Origin: a virus
Lineage: Duplodnaviria > Caudoviricetes
IMG/VR virus record: IMGVR_UViG_3300020045_005060
Coordinates: 1 to 24,220 of that record
DNA length: 24,220 nt
Direction: 5' to 3' (one strand)
Shown: in pieces, positions 8,818-17,448 of the stretch
Layout of the letters: every line of letters starts with the position of its first letter
Position numbering within the stretch: the stretch's first letter is position 1
Program-made: the position numbers and the translations under genes
Notes under the pieces: model-generated
Told to the model about the DNA's origin: nothing
Databases searched by the model: none
Seen by the model: only the letters and a program-made list of their open reading frames with translations

Positions 8818-9867
8818 ATGAATTGTAGTAATTGTCCTCAATGTGATGATTTAGTGTCTGATAAATGTGTTCGTTACACAGGGCCTAATATAGAAGAATT
8901 GGGTATTTGTGAAGATATGTATTTATATGAAGTAGAGGCTATTATACTAGCTAAACTTCAAGAAAGCGCAGATACTTCTGTAATAAAATATAATACACTC
9001 ACTACTGCTTGTGCATTTATTACCACCTTATTAGTAGGAAAACCTTCTCAACCTTTTACTTTACAGCAATTTGCTGAAGTGGTATTTGATGGCTTTTGTA
9101 AACTTGATACTAAAATAAATAGTGTCACTCCTTCTTCATTCTCTTTTAATACAGGATGTTTAACAGGAGATGTTAGTACAAGGGATAAAATTATTCAAGC
9201 TCTTATAACAAAGTCCTGTTTAGATTCCACTAAAATAGATACGTTAGAAGATACCTATGTTAAAATAGAGGACTTATGCTCTCTTGTTACAGCTTGTATA
9301 GAAGATTCTACTGTAGTTAATACACAATTCTATAATAAGATGGTTCCATATGCGCCTGTTCCTTATATAGGCTCTATAGCAAATTTTGATAACACTGGAA
9401 AAGGACTAGTTTCTGCTAATTTTGATAAGGTGTATTTAATGAATGGACTTAATGGAACACAGGATTGGAGAGGAAGAAGTCCTATTGGAGCTATACAGAA
9501 TGTTCCCGGAGCTACATTGGATAGCACAGTTGATCCTAGTGTTTCTGGTAATGCTTCCTATAATTATAATGTGGGAAATAAGTATGGAACTTCCAGTGAG
9601 ATTTTAAATAGTTCTCAAATTCCATCACATTCTCACACTGTAAATGATCCCGGACATAAACATACATTCTCAACAAAAGGAGATAGGCTTTTAGATATTG
9701 CTTCTGGAGCTTATATAGTGGAAAGTAATCCAGATAGAACTGGGATATTTGATGCTAATATGGAATTAGCTCAAACTAACATAACTATAAATTCTGCTGG
9801 AGGATCATTATCTCACAATAACTTACATCCAACAATTGCTGTATTATATATAGTTTATATACCATGA
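8818..9867 (+). CDS. Cys-rich tail fibre/baseplate-like protein with a tail-collar-type C-terminus
   Basis: LMNGLNGTQDWRGR, QIPSHSHTVNDPGHKH and AGGSLSHNNLHP are typical of phage tail-collar/short-fibre domains; Cys-rich N-terminus. Confidence 0.75.
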   Translation: MNCSNCPQCDDLVSDKCVRYTGPNIEELGICEDMYLYEVEAIILAKLQESADTSVIKYNTLTTACAFITTLLVGKPSQPFTLQQFAEVVFDGFCKLDTKINSVTPSSFSFNTGCLTGDVSTRDKIIQALITKSCLDSTKIDTLEDTYVKIEDLCSLVTACIEDSTVVNTQFYNKMVPYAPVPYIGSIANFDNTGKGLVSANFDKVYLMNGLNGTQDWRGRSPIGAIQNVPGATLDSTVDPSVSGNASYNYNVGNKYGTSSEILNSSQIPSHSHTVNDPGHKHTFSTKGDRLLDIASGAYIVESNPDRTGIFDANMELAQTNITINSAGGSLSHNNLHPTIAVLYIVYIP

Positions 9868-10475
9868 GATATAAAACAGAAGAACAAAAAGAAAAACATA
9901 GAGAAGAGGCTAAAATTTGGAGAGAAAAAAATCCTGAAAAATATAAATTATCTTATAAGAAAAATTATGAAAACAATAGTGAAAATTGGACAAATTGGAA
10001 AATTAATAATAAAGAAAAAGTAGCTGAAGCTAATAAAAAATGGCGTTTAAAAAATAAAGAAAAAATTAGAGAATCTAATAAAAAATATAGATTAAAAAAT
10101 AAAGAAAAATATTTAAAAAGATGTGCAGAATTATCTAAAATAAGAAAAGAAGTAGATCCTGTATATAACCTTAAAATAAAAATTAGATCATCAATATCTG
10201 ATTCTTTTAGAAGAGGTACAAAAAAATTTAAAAAATTATCAAAAACAGAAGATATTTTAGGTTGCACGTTTGAGTTTTTTAAAGATTATATTTTAAAAAA
10301 ATGCCCTGAAAATATTTCTTTAAAAGACTTTAATCAATTTGGTTATCACTTAGACCACATAATACCAATAAGTGAGGCTAAGACTGAAGAAGATATTATA
10401 AAACTTAATCATTATACCAATTTTCAGCCTCTATGGTGGTTAGATAATCTGCAAAAATCAAATAAAATAATTTAA
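9864..10475 (+). CDS. HNH homing endonuclease-like protein
   Basis: N-terminal basic helical repeats (WREKNPEK, WRLKNKEK, YRLKNKEK) and C-terminal ILGC...YHLDHIIPIS...LNHYTNFQPLWWLDNLQKSNK. Extremely A-rich. Confidence 0.85.
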   Translation: MRYKTEEQKEKHREEAKIWREKNPEKYKLSYKKNYENNSENWTNWKINNKEKVAEANKKWRLKNKEKIRESNKKYRLKNKEKYLKRCAELSKIRKEVDPVYNLKIKIRSSISDSFRRGTKKFKKLSKTEDILGCTFEFFKDYILKKCPENISLKDFNQFGYHLDHIIPISEAKTEEDIIKLNHYTNFQPLWWLDNLQKSNKII

Positions 10476-10484
10476 ATTAAAAAT

Positions 10485-12506
10485 ATGCCTTGTTCTTCTT
10501 GTGGTAATACTTCTCCTTTAGTTTTTGATGTACAGAGTTTTTTAAACCCTGAATGTAATTCTTGTGGGGATGTACAATGCTACCCTGCTAAAAATGTTTG
10601 TTACACAGGCCCAAACTTAGTTTGTTCTGGTATATTAACCAATGACGATCTTGAAACCGCCTTCACTAAAATTGATGAACAAATATGTTCAGCAAGTGGG
10701 GATTATAGTACCTATCAAAAAAATTGTCTTCCTGCATGGGCAGGGAATGACTTAAATACAGAGGCTCTATTTGTTGAAGCTATAACAGGCTATGCTTGTG
10801 AAACAAGAGAAAATTTAGATGAATTTATACAAAGTACATTTCCTGACTATCAAGTAGTAGTGGATGAGAGATTTGATGATATTGAACTCCCTGCAATCAC
10901 TTGTGCATCAGCAGGAATAGTAAATACAGATACTTTATCAACAGTATACACAAAATATTGTACAAAATTTACACAAATAGATGATGCTTTAAATATTTCT
11001 GATGTAGACTTTGCTTCTTGCTTTACTGTAACAACTGCCCCTACCACTGTAAAAACTGGATTTGAAGAATTAATTGCTCAAATTTGTACTTTACAAGGAC
11101 TGATTGGGTCTGGTGGGGTTGTTCTTCCAACATTTAATAATGTAGGGACATGTTTGGGTGGAACCCTTACCACTACAGATTCTACAGAATCCACTATAAT
11201 TAAAATACGCACTAAATTATGTACTCTACCTACATGGGATAAAACAGGAGTGACATGGGGATGTGTTGGAGTCCCTACTCCAAATACTTTAGAAGCAGCC
11301 TTTCAGAATGTAATAACAAAAGTTAATTACATGCTTCCTAAAACTGTTACATTTGGATCAGGGTTTAGTGTAGTGCCTACAGATGTAAGCAATCCTTGTT
11401 TAGGGGTAACAGTAACACCCACAACAAGCGCAGATAGATTCGTAGCTTCTAATGGAGCTGATTCAAGTCCGGGAACATTAAAAGATAAATTACTTGGAAC
11501 AGGTATCACTATTGATGATGCTACCACTGCTGGAAAAATAACTCTCATATCTGATTATAAAGTGAAGGCAGATGTAAGCGATGTATCTCCTAATTTCTTA
11601 ATTAATAAATTAAATGGTAGTTCTGTTAGTGGAATCACTATAACCCCTACATATAACAGTCTTACAAAGAAAGTGGATTTAGTTCTTTCAATAGATCCAG
11701 ATGCTATCTGTTCTTTGTTATCAGGTTGTTCTACTGCTGTTCCATGTACAACTTATATAGTAACCCCAGCAGGAACTTCTTCTCTAAGCTACACAGATTG
11801 TAGTGGATCTATTGTTAGCATATCTATTTCAGGAGTTACAGAAATATGCGCTAAATTAAACACTGTATATGCCCCTAATGCTACAATAGTAAATGATGGG
11901 GCTTGTGCTACAGGATGTTATGCGCCTGTTACATTAACTTCCAGTGCTATAACTTCCTCTTCTTTTGTAGAAACATGGAGTGCCGTTACAGGAGCTACAG
12001 AATACCAATATAGACTTAATGGCGGATCTTGGATTAGCAATGCTTTAGCTTTAACCGTTACAGTATCTGCAAGTCCTTCTACCACTTACACTTTTGATGT
12101 AAGAGCTATTGTAGATGGTATTTCTTGTTCAGAGTTTACATCTAATGCTGTAACTACAGAAGATGCTATATCTACCCCTAATGTATATATCCAGAATAAC
12201 CCCGGATTTGGAATAACAATAAATGATGTAGACTTGAGTACATCAGTTCCATTCTTTGCTTTCTCTTCTGGTTCATTCCCTCTCGTATCAGGGGTAGTAA
12301 CAGGGGTACACACAGGATTCACAGGTATAATCAGACTTACAGTGGCTACAGGAGCTTCTACAGGAACAGCAAAACTTTATGTAGATAGTGTTTTAATCGA
12401 GTGTATTGACTTAACTGTTGGAACAGCAAATAACTTTACCACAAATACATATTTAAGTTCTGAAGAAATATCTGTAATCGTAGAAGCAGGAACTTGTGGA
12501 GTATAA
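10485..12506 (+). CDS. Cys/Thr-rich tail fibre or spike-like protein with a fibronectin type III-like domain
   Basis: 673 aa; N-terminus is paralogous to the 8818 protein (CYTGPNL vs CVRYTGPNI); FN3-like segment WSAVTGATEYQYRL...SPSTTYTFDVRA. Confidence 0.65.
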   Translation: MPCSSCGNTSPLVFDVQSFLNPECNSCGDVQCYPAKNVCYTGPNLVCSGILTNDDLETAFTKIDEQICSASGDYSTYQKNCLPAWAGNDLNTEALFVEAITGYACETRENLDEFIQSTFPDYQVVVDERFDDIELPAITCASAGIVNTDTLSTVYTKYCTKFTQIDDALNISDVDFASCFTVTTAPTTVKTGFEELIAQICTLQGLIGSGGVVLPTFNNVGTCLGGTLTTTDSTESTIIKIRTKLCTLPTWDKTGVTWGCVGVPTPNTLEAAFQNVITKVNYMLPKTVTFGSGFSVVPTDVSNPCLGVTVTPTTSADRFVASNGADSSPGTLKDKLLGTGITIDDATTAGKITLISDYKVKADVSDVSPNFLINKLNGSSVSGITITPTYNSLTKKVDLVLSIDPDAICSLLSGCSTAVPCTTYIVTPAGTSSLSYTDCSGSIVSISISGVTEICAKLNTVYAPNATIVNDGACATGCYAPVTLTSSAITSSSFVETWSAVTGATEYQYRLNGGSWISNALALTVTVSASPSTTYTFDVRAIVDGISCSEFTSNAVTTEDAISTPNVYIQNNPGFGITINDVDLSTSVPFFAFSSGSFPLVSGVVTGVHTGFTGIIRLTVATGASTGTAKLYVDSVLIECIDLTVGTANNFTTNTYLSSEEISVIVEAGTCGV

Positions 12507-12535
12507 CTAAAAAGATTATCCTATTTTTAAAATAA

Positions 12536-12566
12536 TTTGGAAATGTCAAATATATGTTTTATATTG
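12536..12566 (+). promoter_or_regulatory. Candidate Bacteroidota-type promoter P1
   Basis: TTTG (12536-12539), 20 nt, TATATTG (12560-12566); the -7 box is one base shorter than TAnnTTTG. Confidence 0.5.
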
Positions 12567-12608
12567 CACTCAGAAACTTCAATACAGGGGAAGAGTTCTA
12601 AAAATAAA

Positions 12609-12640
12609 TTTGGTGTTTTTAATTATATAACTTACCTTTG
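12609..12640 (+). promoter_or_regulatory. Bacteroidota housekeeping-sigma promoter P2
   Basis: TTTG (12609-12612), 20 nt, TACCTTTG (12633-12640): perfect match to the -33/-7 consensus. Confidence 0.75.
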
Positions 12641-12659
12641 AAATACGGTAGAAACAAAT

Positions 12660-12714
12660 AAAAACCTCAGAAGCAAACTCTTCCCCAAAGAATTAAAGCT
12701 TTCTGGGGTTTTTT
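12660..12714 (+). terminator. Terminator-like hairpin just downstream of P2
   Basis: AAAAACCTCAGAAGC (12660-12674) pairs with GCTTTCTGGGGTTTTTT (12698-12714), with one bulge and a G-U pair; large loop. Confidence 0.6.
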
Positions 12715-12739
12715 GCGTTATAAAATACACATAATTAGC

Positions 12740-12985
12740 AATCCAGTTTTTAGCCTCACACAATAAAAACTTATGATTAGAGAAACTCATACATTGGATA
12801 ACCAAGATTGTGTATGAGGTATAGGAAGCAGTAAAAATATCGCTCTGTCCATCCCGTGACAACGATTACCTACAAGTTTAACAAGCTCTGCTTTCCTCCA
12901 ATAAGGTGTTGGGATCTCTAGGTTCATTTGGTAATTAACGTACAGGAAATACTCTTGTAGGTATAAACGGGAGTGTATCTACTCC
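12740..12985 (+). ncRNA. Candidate structured non-coding RNA of unknown family
   Basis: Dense complementary segments in a gene-free region: 12745-52/12764-71, 12786-93/12811-18, 12823-31/12888-97, 12867-76/12954-63, 12852-57/12967-72, 12970-74/12981-85. Strand inferred from upstream promoters. Confidence 0.5.
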
Positions 12986-13028
12986 TTAACCAAAAATATT
13001 ACCCTATTTTCCAATTCATAATAATAAA

Positions 13029-13060
13029 TTTGATAATCTCAATTTATTTGCATACTTTTG
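13029..13060 (+). promoter_or_regulatory. Bacteroidota housekeeping-sigma promoter P3
   Basis: TTTG (13029-13032), 20 nt, TACTTTTG (13053-13060), 22 nt upstream of ATG 13083. Confidence 0.78.
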
Positions 13061-13082
13061 TCATAGCACCAAATTATAATTA

Positions 13083-14327
13083 ATGAAAGAAAAATTAAAA
13101 GAATTATTAAAGCAGAAAAAGTCAATTTCTTTCTATGCTGTAAAATTAGGGATAACAGAACAAGAAGTTAAAGAATTACTCTTAGAACTAAGAACAGAAA
13201 TTATAATAAAGCCTAGAAATATAGAGGAAATATTTCCTTGGCTTGCAGAACAAAAAACAGATCACAATACAGGAGATAAAGAATTTATAGTAAAATCTAA
13301 TAAACCTTTACAACCCAACGAGATTGAAGAGTTAGTAGGAGCTGACAATATATCTACATTTGTAGACCATTCTTGGCTTAAATCTCAAAGAGATGGTACT
13401 TGGACTTACTCAATTCACACTAAATGTAGAGTTAAAGATTTTTATACAGCAGAAGAATTAGATAGTAAATTAAAAGAAATTTTTAAAGATAATGTTCCAG
13501 TTTCTGCTCCAAATTTTACAAAAACTAAAAGTAATAAAGCTTTATTTATTTATATAGGGGATGATCATGCAGGACTTGTACTAGAAAACTCTCTTTATAA
13601 TAGAGAATATTCAGGCTCTACTTATGCTCTTAGGTTATTACAAATTGCAGAGGAAGTAAAAAATCTTGATACTTTCTTTGAAGAAATTTATGTGGTAAGA
13701 CTTGGAGATGAAATGGATGGTTATAATGCTAAAACAACACGTTATGACCACACTTTAGATTCAGCTTCTAACAAAGATCAATTTGATATTTACACTATAG
13801 CAAATAAACTATTCTATACAGAAATATTTGAATCAGGACTTGCTAATAAATACAATCTTATTTCTCTTTCAAACTCTAATCATACAGGATTAGGGTTTTC
13901 TTATATTGCAAATAAAGCTTTAGAGTTTTGGCTGGATGTTAAATATCCTTTTGTAAAAGTCTCTCAACAAGAAAAATTTATTGATGCATATGAATTTGGG
14001 AATCATGTAATAGGACTTGTGCATGGGAAGGATGAAAAATATATGAAATCTCCAATGCCTTTAAATCTTGATTATAAAACAGATTTATGGCTTATGGAAT
14101 ATTATAAACAATTTAATTTAGAAGGTAGATTCATCTCTACAATAAAGGCTGATATACATAAATATAATTTTAATCAGGGAAAATCAGGACGTTATGTAAA
14201 TGTTCCATCTATTTCTTCTGGATCTAATTGGATTGAACATAATTTTGGAGATAGTAAATCAGGAGCTTTATTAGAAATTTATACAGCAGATAAAGAAGCT
14301 GTTACACAAATACCAATTTGGTTTTAA
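13083..14327 (+). CDS. Calcineurin-like metallophosphoesterase with an N-terminal HTH-like segment
   Basis: Motifs in the correct order: GDDHAG (DxH), LGDEMDG (GDxxD), NSNH (GNH variant), VHGK, ADIH (GHxH variant). N-terminal SISFYAVKLGITEQEVK looks like a helix-turn-helix. Confidence 0.78.
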   Translation: MKEKLKELLKQKKSISFYAVKLGITEQEVKELLLELRTEIIIKPRNIEEIFPWLAEQKTDHNTGDKEFIVKSNKPLQPNEIEELVGADNISTFVDHSWLKSQRDGTWTYSIHTKCRVKDFYTAEELDSKLKEIFKDNVPVSAPNFTKTKSNKALFIYIGDDHAGLVLENSLYNREYSGSTYALRLLQIAEEVKNLDTFFEEIYVVRLGDEMDGYNAKTTRYDHTLDSASNKDQFDIYTIANKLFYTEIFESGLANKYNLISLSNSNHTGLGFSYIANKALEFWLDVKYPFVKVSQQEKFIDAYEFGNHVIGLVHGKDEKYMKSPMPLNLDYKTDLWLMEYYKQFNLEGRFISTIKADIHKYNFNQGKSGRYVNVPSISSGSNWIEHNFGDSKSGALLEIYTADKEAVTQIPIWF

Positions 14328-15020
14328 ATGATACTAAGACAACATATTTCTGATATAAGAGGTTCCTTAAAGATGCTTAACAGTGATGCTCTCATTTCTG
14401 ATAGAATGATTGCTTCACTATTAAGAAATGCTGCCAATTTGATTGTTACACAAAGTTTGGACAAAAGGAAGTTGTGGCAAAGTCCTAATGTTTTTACCCC
14501 TATTCTGTGTCTTGAAATGGAGAAAACACCCCTAGCTTTGTGTTGTGAATACACAGGAGATAAAATGGTAGCGGTTTCTAAAAAGACATTTCCACAAATA
14601 GGAGAAGGGACATGGGGGCTCGCTATCCAATCTGTAACAGGTCTGGATGGCTCTAAAAAGTTTAAAGAAGTAACTCCTACAAGATATGCAAATCTTCTTA
14701 AATTAGGGCTTAAAACAAATGATGTATTTTATTGGATTCAAAATAATAGGATTTACGTATCAAATCCAGATACAGAATCTTTAAATATGTTTGCATATTT
14801 TACAGAGGATATTCCAAATGATTTATTATTTCCCGGAGAAGATTGTAAATGCTTAACACCTCCAGATATAAAAGATCTTTGTACCAATCCTCTTGATAAA
14901 CCTTTTAAATTTCCTGCCAATCGCATCCTTGATATTAACAAAATCGTAATAGATCATCTAATGAAAACATTTAAAAATCTTAAGGAGGATGTATCTAGCG
15001 ATAACAAAGAAAATACATGA
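14328..15020 (+). CDS. Putative tail ring/structural protein
   Basis: 230 aa with FYWIQNNRIYV and CTNPLDKPFKFP; lies just upstream of the IHF-like gene as in crAss-like tail modules. Confidence 0.55.
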   Translation: MILRQHISDIRGSLKMLNSDALISDRMIASLLRNAANLIVTQSLDKRKLWQSPNVFTPILCLEMEKTPLALCCEYTGDKMVAVSKKTFPQIGEGTWGLAIQSVTGLDGSKKFKEVTPTRYANLLKLGLKTNDVFYWIQNNRIYVSNPDTESLNMFAYFTEDIPNDLLFPGEDCKCLTPPDIKDLCTNPLDKPFKFPANRILDINKIVIDHLMKTFKNLKEDVSSDNKENT

Positions 15021-15496
15021 GAACGAAGTATGAGTATAGAAGTGCATCCAGAGAAGTATTTAAACGCTTCAAAGAAAAACATCCAGAAGTAGATTTGAAA
15101 TATACTGATTGGTGTAATATTGTATATTCTTTTAATTATGGCTTTAGAGATTATTGTTTAGAAACAGGTAGAAAAGCTAAGTTCCCCTATGGTATAGGGG
15201 TATTTTGCATTACTAAATTTAAACAACCAAAGATTAAAGTAGTAGATGGTGTTTCTCATATTAATATGAACGTGGATTGGAAGAAAACAAAAGAAAAAGG
15301 TTTTAGAGTATTTCATATGAATAATCATACAGAAGGATTTGGATTTAGATGGTATTGGATATTTGGTACACAAAGATTCTTTCAATCAGAAATATGGAGT
15401 TTTAAGCCTTCCAGAGTTTCTTCTCGTCTTATAAATCATTACATTAAGCAAAATTATAGTTCCAAATATTTGGATTGGAAATCAATTAAAAATTAA
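15017..15496 (+). CDS. IHF/HU-like basic protein conserved in crAss-like tail modules
   Basis: Helical start, then GRKAKFPYGIGVFCITK (HU/IHF-like beta arm), VDWKKTKE and NNHTEGFGFRWYW. Confidence 0.65.
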   Translation: MRTKYEYRSASREVFKRFKEKHPEVDLKYTDWCNIVYSFNYGFRDYCLETGRKAKFPYGIGVFCITKFKQPKIKVVDGVSHINMNVDWKKTKEKGFRVFHMNNHTEGFGFRWYWIFGTQRFFQSEIWSFKPSRVSSRLINHYIKQNYSSKYLDWKSIKN

Positions 15497-15531
15497 AATA
15501 GGGGGACAGGTTAATCTGAACACAAAATAAT

Positions 15532-15732
15532 ATGTTTATAAATTTTTTAATAGAAAAACTTTCACATTTAAGATACGCTTATAAATCAGACAAAGAAATG
15601 ATAGAACATTTTTTATCAGGGGAAGTAACGTTACCAATTACAGACGTACTTAAATTTGTACAAGAATGGAAAGAAAAAAGTAATGAAATACAAGATATAA
15701 TCAACCCAAAGTCTTTTATTATACCACAATAA
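15532..15732 (+). CDS. Hypothetical protein (66 aa)
   Basis: Fills the intergenic space on the coding strand with an A-rich leader; no motif recognised. Confidence 0.5.
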   Translation: MFINFLIEKLSHLRYAYKSDKEMIEHFLSGEVTLPITDVLKFVQEWKEKSNEIQDIINPKSFIIPQ

Positions 15733-15739
15733 CTTATTA

Positions 15740-16603
15740 ATGTCTCCATATTACCAATATTCCTACACTTCTGTAGAACCTATTATAGCTCTTGTTTCTG
15801 AAGAGCTAAAGTCATATATAGATACAAATGCAATTGATTCATCTATATGGAGTATTTATGTCTCAAAGTGTCTAAGAAAGCTTGGTAAAGGTATGTTACA
15901 AATACAACCTTTAATATTAGAAATATGTGACTTTCAAGCTAGACTTCCTGACAACTTTCATTCTGTAAGAGAAGCTTGGCTTTGTACAAATGAAACACAT
16001 GCATATAAACTTCCCGGAGCAGACTATCAAGAAGTGACAATGCAATCAACTTCTACTCTATTGGATAGTAATGTTTCTTATTGTACCCCCTGTGCAACTT
16101 GCTCCACTCCTGATGTAATTAAGGCTGTATACAAAACTACTCATCAAGCATTTGCATATTACACAAAACAATATCTTCTTAAGCCCGGAAATATAAATAC
16201 AAAAGAACTTTGTGCTTCTAATTGTAATAATCTCTCTTCTCAAGCTACAGATACCTTTGACATAATTGGGAATAAATTTGTAACAAACTTTACAGAAGGT
16301 ACAGTATATCTCCTTTACTATTCTACAGAATTAGATGAATCAGGCTATCAATTAATTCCTGATAATTTTCGTATTCAGGAATACATAGAAGCCTTTATTA
16401 AACAAAAAGTATTTGAACAACTCTCTAATCAAGTGGTGGATGAAACCTATAATCAAATACAACAAAAAGCTCAATACTACAAACAAGTAGCAGATGAAGC
16501 TTTCATTATGGCCGACATAGAAAGTAAGAAATCTACTGTTCATAAAAAAATAGAAAAAATTAAAGCGGAAAAACATAGGTTTGATAAATATAAAATTAGA
16601 TGA
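15740..16603 (+). CDS. Tail tubular/ring protein (P22 gp4-like family in crAss-like phages)
   Basis: 287 aa; FQARLPDNF and FVTNFTEGTVYLLYYSTELDESGYQLIPD motifs; lies between the IHF-like and stabilisation genes. Confidence 0.65.
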   Translation: MSPYYQYSYTSVEPIIALVSEELKSYIDTNAIDSSIWSIYVSKCLRKLGKGMLQIQPLILEICDFQARLPDNFHSVREAWLCTNETHAYKLPGADYQEVTMQSTSTLLDSNVSYCTPCATCSTPDVIKAVYKTTHQAFAYYTKQYLLKPGNINTKELCASNCNNLSSQATDTFDIIGNKFVTNFTEGTVYLLYYSTELDESGYQLIPDNFRIQEYIEAFIKQKVFEQLSNQVVDETYNQIQQKAQYYKQVADEAFIMADIESKKSTVHKKIEKIKAEKHRFDKYKIR

Positions 16604-17439
16604 GTATTAAATCTGGAATTTATAAAATAATTAATAGCCTTAATAATAAGGAATATATAGGGAGTGCTGTTGATTTAGAAAGAAGGCATTACTATCATTT
16701 ATTACATTTACGTAGAAATAAACATCATTCTAATAAGTTGCAACGAGCTTATAATAAATATGGAAAAGAAAATTTTAAATTTGAAGTAATAGAAGAAGTA
16801 TTTTTTAATTCAAGTTGTACAACCTCTTACAAAACTGAATATTTACAATGTTTAGAACAATTTTATTTAGATAAATTTTTACCATATAAAAATGGATATA
16901 ATATTTCTAAAATGTCAGATTGTCCAAATTCTAAAAAATCTAAAGAAACTATAAAGAAAACTTTAGAAACAAAAAGAAAAAATGGATATATAGTTTCTCA
17001 AGAAACTAAAGATAATATTTCTAAAGCGTTAAAAAATAGTATCAAATATAAAGCAGCTCAAAAAAGAATGGCAGCTAATAGAGTGTTAAAAGTTTATCAA
17101 TATGATTTAGACGGAAATTTTATAAAAGAATTTAAATCAAAAGTTGAAGCTAGTATAGAATTAAAAATAAGTTTACGTGGTTTACAAGAAGTAGTACAAC
17201 ATAATAACCATACTTTAGGAGGATTTATTTTTAAAAATTTTAAAGAAGATAAAATTGAACCTTTTATTAGAACTAATTATATAAAAATTAATGTTTTTGA
17301 TAAAAATAAATCTTTTTTAAAAACATTTGATAGTATTTCACAGTGTTCAAAAGATTTAAAAATTAATGCTTTATCAATCTCTAGGTATGCTAAAATTAAA
17401 AAAATTTATAAGGATATATTTTGGTTTGAATTTGTATAA
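16600..17439 (+). CDS. GIY-YIG homing endonuclease with NUMOD-type DNA-binding repeats
   Basis: SGIYKIIN...EYIGSA, R...H, LEQFY, GYN; C-terminal VYQYDLDGNFIKEFKS and a second NUMOD1-like repeat. Confidence 0.92.
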   Translation: MSIKSGIYKIINSLNNKEYIGSAVDLERRHYYHLLHLRRNKHHSNKLQRAYNKYGKENFKFEVIEEVFFNSSCTTSYKTEYLQCLEQFYLDKFLPYKNGYNISKMSDCPNSKKSKETIKKTLETKRKNGYIVSQETKDNISKALKNSIKYKAAQKRMAANRVLKVYQYDLDGNFIKEFKSKVEASIELKISLRGLQEVVQHNNHTLGGFIFKNFKEDKIEPFIRTNYIKINVFDKNKSFLKTFDSISQCSKDLKINALSISRYAKIKKIYKDIFWFEFV

Positions 17440-17448
17440 AAATAATTA

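Noticed and set aside
9918-10115. DNA tandem repeat in the HNH gene
   Set aside because: Degenerate repeats simply encode the WRxKNxEK helical units typical of these nucleases.
12773-12834. Tiny overlapping + strand ORFs (MIRETHTLDNQDCV*, MRYRKQ*) as leader peptides
   Set aside because: Too short to distinguish from chance and embedded in predicted stems; would need ribosome profiling.
12632-12862. 76-aa minus-strand ORF in the large gap
   Set aside because: No motif, against the operon direction, and it overlaps a + strand promoter, terminator and RNA stems.
12507-13082. CRISPR mini-array, DGR template repeat or DnaA-box origin in the gap
   Set aside because: No regularly spaced direct repeats, no copy of a fibre-gene 3' end, no reverse transcriptase in the window, and only partial DnaA-like matches such as TGGATAA at 12795-12801.
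16600-17439. Group I intron around the GIY-YIG or HNH genes
   Set aside because: Flanking genes appear complete and there is no non-coding space for an intron core.
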